DNA from: Nymphaea colorata
Lineage: Eukaryota
Assembly (NCBI RefSeq): GCF_008831285.2
Contig: NC_045138.2
Span: 21,514,001 to 21,578,000 of the forward strand
Length of the DNA stretch: 64,000 bases
Direction of reading: 5' to 3'
Made by a program: the position numbers and the translations under genes. Shown one piece after another: positions 53,632 through 64,000 of the stretch (its first letter is position 1; every line of letters starts with the position of its first letter). Below the pieces are notes generated by a model. It was not told the DNA's origin and ran no database searches. It worked only from the letters and a program-made list of their open reading frames with translations.

Positions 53632-54421
53632 ATTACAGGATGAAGTTCTTGGTTAGGAATATAATTCTTGAAAATTTATAATCAAAACAAAATTCCATGC
53701 ACTTACTTTAACATGGCATTGACTTGATTTAAATACGTTTATTATCTATCTCTTGAAAACCATGTTTTGGTCCTGAAAAACTTGACGAAGAAAAGACTTT
53801 TGGCCGTGGATCTCTTTGGCATAATCGGAGGCAATTTGAATGGAAACCCACGTCAACATGAAAATAAGCAATTTAGCACAACAACATCACAATTTTCTTT
53901 CAAGAATCTACAGCGTCAGATTAATTTGAGAAACATGCAAAACTATGGAAAGAGTTGTTTTAGATCTGGGCGGCGGCCTCCACCGCTCTGTCCTTGCCGG
54001 CGGCGCTCTGCCCTCGCCGGCTGCCGCTCTGAAAGACGGAACGGCCTCCCCTTGCCTCATCACTTATTTTGTTTATTTAACTAATGTAAGGAAAAAAACG
54101 AAAGAGGAGGCCGTTGCTGCGGGCTGCCGTCATTTCGTGACTTACTTCTCTTGCATGATTTTGTTTGTTTATAGTCGATCGTCATGATGTTTGTTTGATG
54201 TTTGGCACAAGTTGGTGGGACGGACATTAACAGCATATCTCGCACTTCTTTGAAAGGAAATTAAGGGTGGAGTTTGATTTTCCACTACTGTTTCAAACAA
54301 TTTGCTTTCTTTCTTTTCTTTTCTTCCTCGAAATTTCTCTGCAGAAATTGAGTACTTCATTCTCTTTCTACGAAACTAGAAAGAACTTAACTTCATGAGC
54401 AATGAAGGCTTGCGAACTCTT

Positions 54422-54461
<40 letters not shown>

Positions 54462-56266
54462 TTCGAGCTCTGCGGCTGCACTGCCCCTATATATTTACTT
54501 AAGCTGCTTGCTACACTCAACTTAGAGAGAAAGAAATGGCATATGACATGGAGACGGCGGGAGAGGCGCCGGCTAAAGCCTCTCATAGATTTCCGGTGCT
54601 GCGTTGGGGACGTCGAAACGTAAATAGGACCCCTTCCTGCAATTTCACCACCAACCTCTTCCCTCCTATAAAGAGACGCCGCATTTTATCGCCATTACTC
54701 CCTTTCCTCACCTATAACCTGCGGCGATTTATTGCCTTTCTTCTGACTTCAGATCCGTGTCGAGGTTTATAAATTAAACTAACGGCAGCTTCTCATTCCT
54801 CTCATTTTAAATAAGAAACAAGTTATTTTTCTTATGCAAAAAGTAAAATGAGGTTCTTGAATATGAATCTCAGGCCTTACCTAAGATTCTCAATTAAATT
54901 AACTATAAATTTTAGTGGAAATCTTTCATCATATCAACTAACGAAAATGTGCTACTCAATATAAAATCAAGATAATCGAACCGCACTAAATGATGTCAGG
55001 AGCATCTTTGAGCCCCTAACTATTTAACTTCCTAAACAAATTAATGATAATACTGACAATGAGAAGCAGCACCGGCATTACTCCATTCTTTTTCTTTTTT
55101 TGGTAGTATCAAAGCCACACTACCTCACTTTGTTTGAGAAAAAAATAAGACTACACAAAGTGGTATCAAATGTCTGGTATAACAGGTGGGGTTGGCGGAC
55201 CCGTGAAAATCTGGTTGTTAGTTTCGTTCATGTGGGTGTGGGTGTTATTCCTCTACACTATAAATGGAAACTGCAGAAAACTTGAAAGGAAGCAGTAGCC
55301 GACTGTTTTAGCGGTTCTACCCGATGGCTTTGCTCATCCGAAAGAGCAACTACACAAAAGTAGAATCGATCCGGTAAGGGGTGGTAGGCGACTAGTTACC
55401 ATTTCAAATCTTTGAAGTATAACTCATTGTATTGCAAATAAAAAACCACTGATGCATAAGTTGAAGCATGTCGAAAGTGGCACTTTCAAGACATAAACAG
55501 ACTCATGAAAGGTTGAGTGAAAACTTAAGTTTTATTTTAAGTTAAAATCCCCATCACCCAACTCCATAAAAGTAAAAAAATTATCAAAAAAGAATGTTTC
55601 ACCCTTTATGTACTTCCCCTTTATCAAAATCTAAGAACGTCTTCTTTCATAGTCATCTTCACTCTACTCCAATATTTAATGTTTGTTATCGGCGCTCAGC
55701 ATACAGATGATTTGTCCTTTTCAAATAAAAAATAACAAACTAAAGTCCGCACCAACTTAACCTAATAGCTTTCTCTCTCGACCCCGCAAAGTGGTTTGGT
55801 CTTCGACAGCGATGTACAGTGGAAGTGGAGACACCATTATAACCAAAGGTGAAAGAGAAGATTCATAGAAAACAGAGAAGCAGGTCCTCTGAATTATATA
55901 TGTTTTAAAGATTCTTGTGGTTTTTAGAAGGAAAACTGAGAAAAAGAAGGCTTATAGAAATGGTTAGTTGCTTTTGGAGCTCGTCACTGCCAAATGAGAA
56001 CAAATAAGAAAAGAGCAGAGTGAGGAAGAGAAAGAAAGAGTGAAGACCAAACTAATCTCCCGGGGATTCCGGCGTGAGATGAGCCAAGATCCTCCACTGT
56101 TTCCCATCATTTCCACGCCCACTTTGTCAAACTCTACACACCTATCCACTTTCCCTCTCTACACCTTCTCTCTCTCTGGTTGACCCAACCAACATTTAGA
56201 TTGAATTCCATTTGACATACTCGTACTTTACACATTCACAGTTCACAACCTAACCACCTAGACTAG

Positions 56267-56541
56267 TAGGGCTGCATAATCAGTCGAGCCAACTCGAGTG
56301 TTTGTTCGAACTTGGCTCTGCTCAACTACTTAAGTCTGTTCATCATAGTTAAATTAGTTAAAGGAATTGATGAGATAAATAAGTTAAAAACATGTTAACA
56401 AAAATGAGTTAAACGAGTTAAGTACTTAAATCAAACTCGAGCTTCACACTGCATAGTCAAGTTGAACTCAAGTCTATTTTATGGAGCTTGAGTTGAGTTT
56501 GAGTCGAGTCAAGGTTAAGCTCGACTCGACCTATATGCAGC
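56267..56541. mobile_element. Degenerate copy of the 15391-16094 MITE family
   Basis: Begins TAGGGCTGCA, has CTCGAG/GAGTCGAG repeats and ends ATGCAGC; ~270 bp upstream of the 312-aa ORF. Confidence 0.7.
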
Positions 56542-56812
56542 AACAACTACTGAGCCAAAGAAAAGAGTTTCAAACCCTAATGTGGTCATCTAGAAGGAAG
56601 ACTGGCCCGTTTACACGAGAAGACAGAAGGAAAACGGGCGACCGTAATATAGTATTGGATAGGTCTTTATTTGGAAAAATACACCGAGGACAGGGACTCA
56701 ATGTAAAAATTGATTTAGTATTAAGAACAGCACATTTCTTTCGATCTCTGCTTTATTCATTCCCTCCTTTCAAACAAAAAAGGCAGAAACGAGCCAAAAA
56801 CACAAGGAGAAG

Positions 56813-57751
56813 ATGAAGAACAGAGAGAAAGAGACAGAGATGGAGGATGAACCACACAGTGAAGAGTTTAGCTTTCCAATGGTCGCTCAGAATGAAGTCG
56901 ATGATGGCAGTATGAATCTCAGCTGCTCCGTATGGCTTCCCTATACGACCACCACAAGGGCTGCGTCGGCGACGGCGGTTTCCGAGTGTTGCTCCTTCCC
57001 CACTTGCCCCCACAACACCGAGGTAGCCAGCCTCCTAATTTCCACCACCACCAAAGCGGAAGAGGATCAGGTTGAAGAAGGGCGAACTCCGAGGAGCAGC
57101 ACTGCCACCCCCAAAACCACCGTGAAGCTGCCAAGGTCGCCGACCACGACCAGCCCGAGGGCCCTCTTCCCGATGGACAGCATGTGGGAGGACCAAGACG
57201 ACGGCAGCGGCGGCGTTACTCCGAGCAGGAGGAGGAGGAGCCTCCTATCCGGCGCCGCCACTCCGAGGTCCTTCACCGCGGAGGACTTGGCGGAGGAGCG
57301 GATGGACATGCTGTGGGAGGAGTACCAGGAGCACGAGGAGTTGGTGGCCATGGGGTTTGTGAGCGAATTCTTCAAGAAGCACTGGATGGATGATGACGAT
57401 GACACAGACGGCGACGACGAGGATGACGATGATGGGGAGTCCTCTCCTTACACAGCCTCGCACTCCTCCTCCTCTTCCTCCGCCACCCCCACCGCCGCCG
57501 CCGCCGCCACCAACAACCCAGGTTCAACTCCAGAGATGATGGCTCGGCTGTGCTGCGCGCAGGTGATGCAGATGAGCAAAGGCGCCAGCCCCGCGACCGC
57601 CGTGGTTCCCCTCAGAAAGCCCGGCCTGCGCGTTATCTTAAAGGTGTTGAAGAAGCTCTTCCTGCTCCATCATTCTCACCACCACCGCTCATCCCGCGCC
57701 AAACGGTCGTCGTCGAAGGTTCGCAGTAGCTCCCCTGCTGTCAAAGCCTGA
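56813..57751 (+). CDS. Intronless plant protein of unknown function (start may be the second Met, 56840)
   Basis: 312-aa GC-rich ORF in AT-rich surroundings. Motifs EEFSFP, EERMDMLWEE and a basic amphipathic LKVLKKLF resemble an uncharacterised plant family as I recall it; poly-D/S/A tracts. Confidence 0.85.
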   Translation: MKNREKETEMEDEPHSEEFSFPMVAQNEVDDGSMNLSCSVWLPYTTTTRAASATAVSECCSFPTCPHNTEVASLLISTTTKAEEDQVEEGRTPRSSTATPKTTVKLPRSPTTTSPRALFPMDSMWEDQDDGSGGVTPSRRRRSLLSGAATPRSFTAEDLAEERMDMLWEEYQEHEELVAMGFVSEFFKKHWMDDDDDTDGDDEDDDDGESSPYTASHSSSSSSATPTAAAAATNNPGSTPEMMARLCCAQVMQMSKGASPATAVVPLRKPGLRVILKVLKKLFLLHHSHHHRSSRAKRSSSKVRSSSPAVKA

Positions 57752-59537
57752 TGCCGCTCGGCTTCTGTACCACCCGTTAAGAGAGAAGGGTCTTGAGGCG
57801 CCGCCATTAATGATGTAAAAATCTTGTGTAAGTAATTGAGAATCGATTTGGGTGTAACTAATTACGATCAACAATAATTTGCTTGTTCTTTTACCTGTAA
57901 TATAATTTACATTTTTTCTTGGCACTTGGTTCCTTGATTTCACCGTCTCTCTCTTCTACTTTTCATCTTAAAGAAACACAAAAATTCTTCGGGAAGCTTG
58001 TTTCTTTCTGTTCTTTGGCTAATTATTACTGTTTAATGGTTAATTAAAAGCAGAATCTACGTTGAGATTGTGGCTCAGGAAAACACGCAAAAGAGTGTAC
58101 GTTATCTTTGCGTTAGCTTGGGGTATGGAAACGAGGAATTTTTGCTATAATCTTAATTGCAGACTTTGCATGTATTGTTTTTTTACCATGAGCTCTTCTT
58201 TTGCCGGCAACTGCTAGAAGGAGACCACATGAAATGTTGGAAAATGTGAAAAATTTATGATTCTTGACATTGTCGTTTTCTGTAGCGATATTTACTTTGT
58301 ATGGTAGAAAGGATAACTTTGTTGTCTCCTTGCTTTTATCTTATATTTTATTTTAATTAGAGTTGAAAAGCACATCAGTAAATGGTAAGCCTTCGTTTGG
58401 CAGTTTCTCGTAAAACTATAGCTCATGTCGGTAAATTCAGAAGCCTGTGTCACCGACATGAAAATTTTCCAAAACATAGGTGTACCTGCCTGTGACTCAC
58501 AGATTTGAATAAGTTTTCTTTTAGTTGAACAATAAATTTGAAGTTAAGGAGTTATTTTATGATATTGCTAAAATGTTTGGAAGAGCGCATTTGTCAATAT
58601 GTTATCTTTTATAAATATGTTTCACTTCTGAAGTACTTATGATTGTTTTCTCCTTCAATATTTTTCGATAGTATAAATATGTACAGGTTACATAGCTGTA
58701 CATAATTTATAAATGTCTTTTAACTTCCAAAATACTTGTGTTTGTTTTTTCCTTTCAATTTTCAGTATGTAAAAATGTGTATTTGTTGCATAATTACAAA
58801 GGGTTATTTCTACGCAAGAATGAAAAATAGATTGTGAATAAAAATCAAATGTTAAGAATTTTCTAAACTCTAACCGTGCGGATTAATCTCTTGGGTTCAA
58901 AATCTTTTCAGCTATGCAAATAAAATTCAATAAAAATTAAAAAAAGAAATCATTCTAAATTTTTTTAAAAACTTCTACATTGGAAAATCGTATTTTGGGT
59001 TTTGAGACTGAATAATTATATACGTACGCTCAAAATTTGGAACAAAAACACGGAAACTAGTTTTGAAATATAGCAACAAACAATTGCTTCAATTCCATTT
59101 GAGCAATACATCTTGTGAGTATTAGGTGCAATCCAAATGCAAAATTTCTATGCAAGACTGCAATTACATTTAAAAAGCAAGACCTAAAAACTGGTTTTTA
59201 ATCTTGAAACATGGTCGACATCACTGAAAACTAAAAAATTTATGCTTGGGACGCAGGGATGAGATTTTATTATTTTACAAGAATTTAACAACGTTAAATT
59301 GTAAACAATTAGTCTTTAAGAAATCCTATGCAGTCATTAAGATAAATTTGATTTAATGTTGCCCTTTAGATTTTAGACAATATAGATCAAATGTTAGAGA
59401 AAAGTCTTTCAATTTTGGCTTGTAGAATATAAATGCACAAAATTTTCTTGAATGAGTTTTTATAGGAAGACAGAAATTGACCCTAAGAAGGGCAAAACCC
59501 CTTGACCATTCTTTATAGACCCCAATTGGTTGTATAT

Positions 59538-59905
59538 AGATATGTCAATAAATCTGATTTAAATCCAATATTTGATTAAGGTGCACAAAAAGAAAAACTT
59601 TAACAACCAATTAAAAATTTAGATTGGATTCAGATATAAGAGATGGCATCCAACAAAATATTGACCGAATTCAGATTTGAATTATACAGTTTTAAATAAA
59701 AATCCAATCAATATCTATAATATTTAGCTTAAAAATCGGATTTGGATGTTAATCTAAAAATCGAATTCAGATTTTAGATTCAGATATGGTATAAGATTCT
59801 TTTTCATCCAAATTCAAACATAAACTTAAACTTGAATATAGAAATCTAAAAGAACAGATATAGTAAAATATATATTTGATTCGAATATGATCCATTTAGC
59901 ATTCC
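59538..59905. mobile_element. MITE remnant, family of 51425-51780
   Basis: Shared terminal sequence and GGATTCAGAT-type repeats. Confidence 0.5.
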
Positions 59906-60549
59906 ACATAACATTCTACATGCATATGTATAGCTTCAATAGCCTCTACAGTTAAACCACGCTTGTACACTGCATGGCAGCCATGACCCACCTTACTTTG
60001 GCTCAATGATTGCAAATTCTTTTCTGGAAAATTACAGTGCACTTGGTTCTGTCTCAAGCACCATGCCATTAATTATGAGGACAACACTATGAGCATAGAG
60101 AGTTGGATTTAGACGCATAGATGTGGAAGGCCCAAACATTAAAACAAAACCCTTTTTCCTTCTACACAGTTTCTCTCTTTGGCTATTTCTTTCTCTCTTC
60201 CCAAACTTACATATATATATATATATATAGATATAACTTGACATGAGATTGAAGGTCTTTTTTTTTATTTGAATGTCTGGGTTGTCCAATCTTCAGGGTA
60301 AGCGAGTAACCAGTAGCTATAACTTTTAAGAGCCACTCAACTTTTAACAGCCACTCAGTCATCTTACTAAGGTCATCATATGAAATAAATAGATAAATGA
60401 GTGAAACAAGAAGACAAATGTATGAACTCATATTAAATGACAAAAATGTCATCACCTTTTTTTCGTTGTTTAACTGTTCATTATGTTGGATTGGACGTTC
60501 TGTTTAGACAAATGAGAGACTCTCAAAAGATAGGTTGCTGTTCAATTTT

Positions 60550-60551
<2 letters not shown>

Positions 60552-60621
<70 letters not shown>
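60552..60621. repeat. Compound (TA)n(GA)n microsatellite
   Basis: Directly visible. Confidence 0.95.
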
Positions 60622-60629
<8 letters not shown>

Positions 60630-61275
60630 CATCCGACAGGTTAAGTTTCACACGTCCATCCACTGGAATTGAACCTTCAAATGGGAAGAACCACACCGTC
60701 AATGCACACACACATCCATTTTACGACTCAAATGATGAATTGGAACATTACGTTGTTAGTGAATATCCACATCCCCTCATCGAAAATGGATCTTCAATAA
60801 GATGCAAAGCAATATACAAAAGGAGAAAGTCATGTCCGTGAATGATACGCCAAAAAATGGCACAAAAAATTTCTAATCTTTGACAGATTGGAAACGTGCT
60901 ACTCACTATAGGATTCTTAATAAAATACAAGACTAACCATGTGAAGCACTATCTCGGTCATAGAAATGGTAATGAATGAAAAAGAGGAAAAGAAAAAGAA
61001 TAAACAGAGGCTTTGTAAATTCTTACTCCCAACATGATACTTTGTCTTCTTCTCATTTCCATCTTGATGCTACAGAGCACCATAACTCGAGACTTAGGCC
61101 TGTTAAGGGGAACAGCACTTTCGATGGAGAGAAGAACCGACCAGCATCAGCTGAATATCCGCATAGCACATTTCCTTGCAAATGAAAAGAATAAGAATCG
61201 TAAAATAATGACAAGATCCCAACGTTGGAGGCAAGATTCTGTTCGTCTCAGGTATAAAGAGGTGGAATCAATGCA

Positions 61276-63359
61276 TCAGGGTGACCGGAAAGATTCTGGA
61301 CATCGAAGAGGAATGTCTTCAGGAGCAAACCCATCTTCCTCACTATATTTTGAAAGGCGCACTGACAAGGAAGACATACCTGAGATGAGAGGCAAAAAGG
61401 AATAATGTTGGAATTCTTGAATGTATGCACCTTTAATAACCCATTAAATTGATTCGCATACATACCATCACCCATATCTTTGGTTTTGTGAAGCAAGAAG
61501 GTACCCGAGAGAATAGTCACAAACCCACACATCTCAGTGACGATCTGTGATGGATCTTGGCGATCCCAATCCTGGTAAACAGAACGAATGACATCGTTGA
61601 GATAAAAAGTGTAATCCATCCTGGCAACAAAGAAAGTTTTTGTCCTGTGGAGCAAAGAAAAAAACTACTAATCCAAGTATGCAGCTTAAGGCATATTCTC
61701 ATAAGCGTGCAAGTTTCCAGAGAAAAAGCAGCCACCAGAATATTCTCATAAACATGCAAAGGTGCAGAGGGAAGGGAAGGAGAGAGGAAGGGAGTGGTGG
61801 GGGGGGGGAGAGAGAGAGATTATTTTACGAACTATGCAAATTGGTGGTTTTTAAGAATATACAAATTGAATGGAATAGAATGACTAAAAAACGACAAGAA
61901 AAAAATCACTCACCCAAAGTCTTTTCAGAGTAAACAAACCAAAATTAACACATCCACAATGTCAGACTAATCATGATTCATATCAAGCTTAAATAACTGC
62001 TTATATTTGCTACAGAGTGCAGCATAACAAGCGTAACTAATATTCTCTCAAAACACATGCATGCAAATATAAGTGCACGCTTAGTAGTCAGAAGGGCTAT
62101 GCAGGCCGAAGGGGTGGCCCTCCAAAAAGGCAAGGCCTAGGTGGGCCAAAAAACAGTGTATGAAAGGAAAATGGTAAGGAAGAAGAGAAAAGGAGAAGAA
62201 AAACAAGAAGAAAGAGAAAAAAGAACAAAAAAGGTAAACGTAGCAAAACAAAAGAAAAGAGAAACTGATGATTTAACTTTGATATTTCATTGCATGCTAT
62301 TAGAATTTGTTTAATTGTTTAGTAACTGATGATTTAACTTTGATATTTCATTGCATGCTATTAGAATTTGTTTATATTGCTTTGCTCGTTTACTATAGAA
62401 AGCAGCTCATCTCTAGTTTAGTGCCGCTATAGCTTCTAGTTATTTCACACTTGATATTATTAGATTACTTACTGCCTTAGAATAATTTAACTAGTGTTCT
62501 AGTTCAGTTTCAGATTCACTTCACTTGCATTAGAAGGACAAGGCAATGCCTTGGCCAAAAACAATATATGGAGCGAAAACAGACGAGAATGAAGAATAGG
62601 AGAACAAGAAAACCAAGAAAAAAAGAAGCAAAGAAAAAGACCAGAAGGATAAAGGAATGAGAAAAGGTAAAAAATAGAAGAAACAAAATTGGAGAAAACA
62701 TCTCCTTTGTGTTAAGGCGCCTAGGTGGCCCAGCCTACTTGAAAACTTGGGCACCTAGGACCTAGGCAGGCAATGCACCGCACTTTGGAGTACCAAGCAT
62801 GCATATACTAAATAGATAGGCGTCCTGTGATGGTTCAATTCATTTACTGAAATACTTGTTTTAGGCGAAAGTGCTTCAATATATAGTGGTTATTTATGAG
62901 TTTTCATTTACTTGTTATAACAACAGAACAGCATAAAAGCATCAAGAAAAACATAAAAATGATGCCAGTACAAAGACCCATGGTAACAAGTGCGGAAAAC
63001 TAGGTAAGTTAAGCATGTAATATAGATTGATTTGATCCCAGCTTAAATTGCAGATAAATCCTTTTTACAAAAGGTAAGCTCACAAAAAAAGCAATATATG
63101 CAACCCATATGAACTGAAGAATTAGCATGCCAACCCCAAAAGTATCACCAAATTCTGCAGCAATACCTTCATAACAAAAAGCTAGAGAAATAATATGAAG
63201 CAATTTTTGTTTCACAATAAGGATCCTCAAAATTTATGGAATAGCAGGTAACAGCAAACTAATTACCTTAAACATTATGATGCTTGCCAAAATTGTGAAA
63301 GAAGTGAACATGACATAATATATTGGTGATACCACTGCAGTGTTGAATGTATCCAATGC
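61276..63359 (-). CDS. NIPA: NIPA-family probable magnesium transporter, last three exons (5'-partial)
   Basis: Exons 63359-63267 (ALDTFNTAVVSPIYYVMFTSFTILASIIMFK), 61571-61466 (DWDRQDPSQIVTEMCGFVTILSGTFLLHKTKDMGD) and 61379-61276 (GMSSLSVRLSK...PESFRSP*). Phases are consistent; upstream exons lie beyond the window. Confidence 0.93.
62263..62374. repeat. ~51-bp direct repeat with 61-bp period, inside a probable GCCTAGG-family element (~62090-62790)
   Basis: AACTGATGATTTAACTTTGATATTTCATTGCATGCTATTAGAATTTGTTTA at 62263 and 62324. Confidence 0.85.
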
Positions 63360-64000
63360 CTGCAAATAAAGAATTCATTCAAGCATCAGAGTAAGAAGAT
63401 GGAGGATAGTACCGTCTGCAATGTTATAGTCATTATTGACATAAAACAAGAGAGTAAAAAACCTAGAATCCTGATCTGATGGTATAACCAACAGAATAAA
63501 ATCATAGAAAATTTAATGTCTTTGTAACCATTATTTATTTATATAATGGTTCTGAACTATTTTATGATTTATAGTAACTACAATCTTGTTTCTCATCCAG
63601 CCACCAAATATTCAATCTATGTAGATAAATGTGCTTAAGGTGATATATTTACCTTTAATAGTCTTCCATCACAATCTCACAATTCATGAACAGGGAGACA
63701 CTCTTAAAACTTGAAAGTGTTCAAACGACCATGTCCAGTTCATTGTAATAAATGAAAACAGTGATTCAAATTTTACTTTTTCTTGTTGCAGCTACACAAA
63801 TTAAGGTCGAGGACGTCTCCATAAGAATTCATGGCACATCACGAATAACTCTGTAAGTCATGCAAAATGGCATCACCAGTGCTTCCATAAAATGGAAGCA
63901 TCAAAACCAATTGCACTACACTTAGGTGTTCTTAGGGAATTCCATTCTTGGCCATTTATCCAGAATTTTCACCTAGCCACTCCTTTGTGAAAGTAAGATC

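Noticed and set aside
55034..55054. miR535-like TGACAATGAGAAGCAGCAC
   Set aside because: At least 3 mismatches and no star arm or hairpin.
55312..55368. Hammerhead ribozyme/retrozyme
   Set aside because: The CUGAUGA and GAAAC cores are not present in the right arrangement on either strand.

Overview
Flowering-plant (angiosperm) nuclear DNA, AT-rich, with five protein-coding genes whose GT-AG exon chains I assembled by hand. (1) Minus-strand 5' part of a Ser/Asp-rich 'dentin sialophosphoprotein-like' gene (ATG 18979, runs off the left edge); its ~10 kb seventh intron holds two decayed Ty1/copia retrotransposons and nested MITEs. (2) A complete 17-exon DCAF13/SOF1 gene (28294-38934, 452 aa). 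(3) A complete 4-exon TMEM41/VTT (SNARE-associated Golgi protein) gene (40846-46501, 276 aa). (4) An intronless 312-aa plant protein of unknown function (56813-57751). (5) The last three exons of a NIPA-type Mg2+ transporter (minus strand, runs off the right edge). Introns and intergenic DNA contain many non-autonomous DNA transposons (several with 8-bp TSDs, i.e. hAT-like, plus Tourist-like elements), a probable tRNA-derived SINE, microsatellites and short tandem duplications. I found no convincing new multi-gene system. The best leads are a ~185-nt fold-back at 47477-47660 in an otherwise unexplained non-repetitive block, a duplication-created in-frame alternative acceptor in DCAF13, the layered TE nest in the long intron, and a possible ELL-like identity for gene 1.
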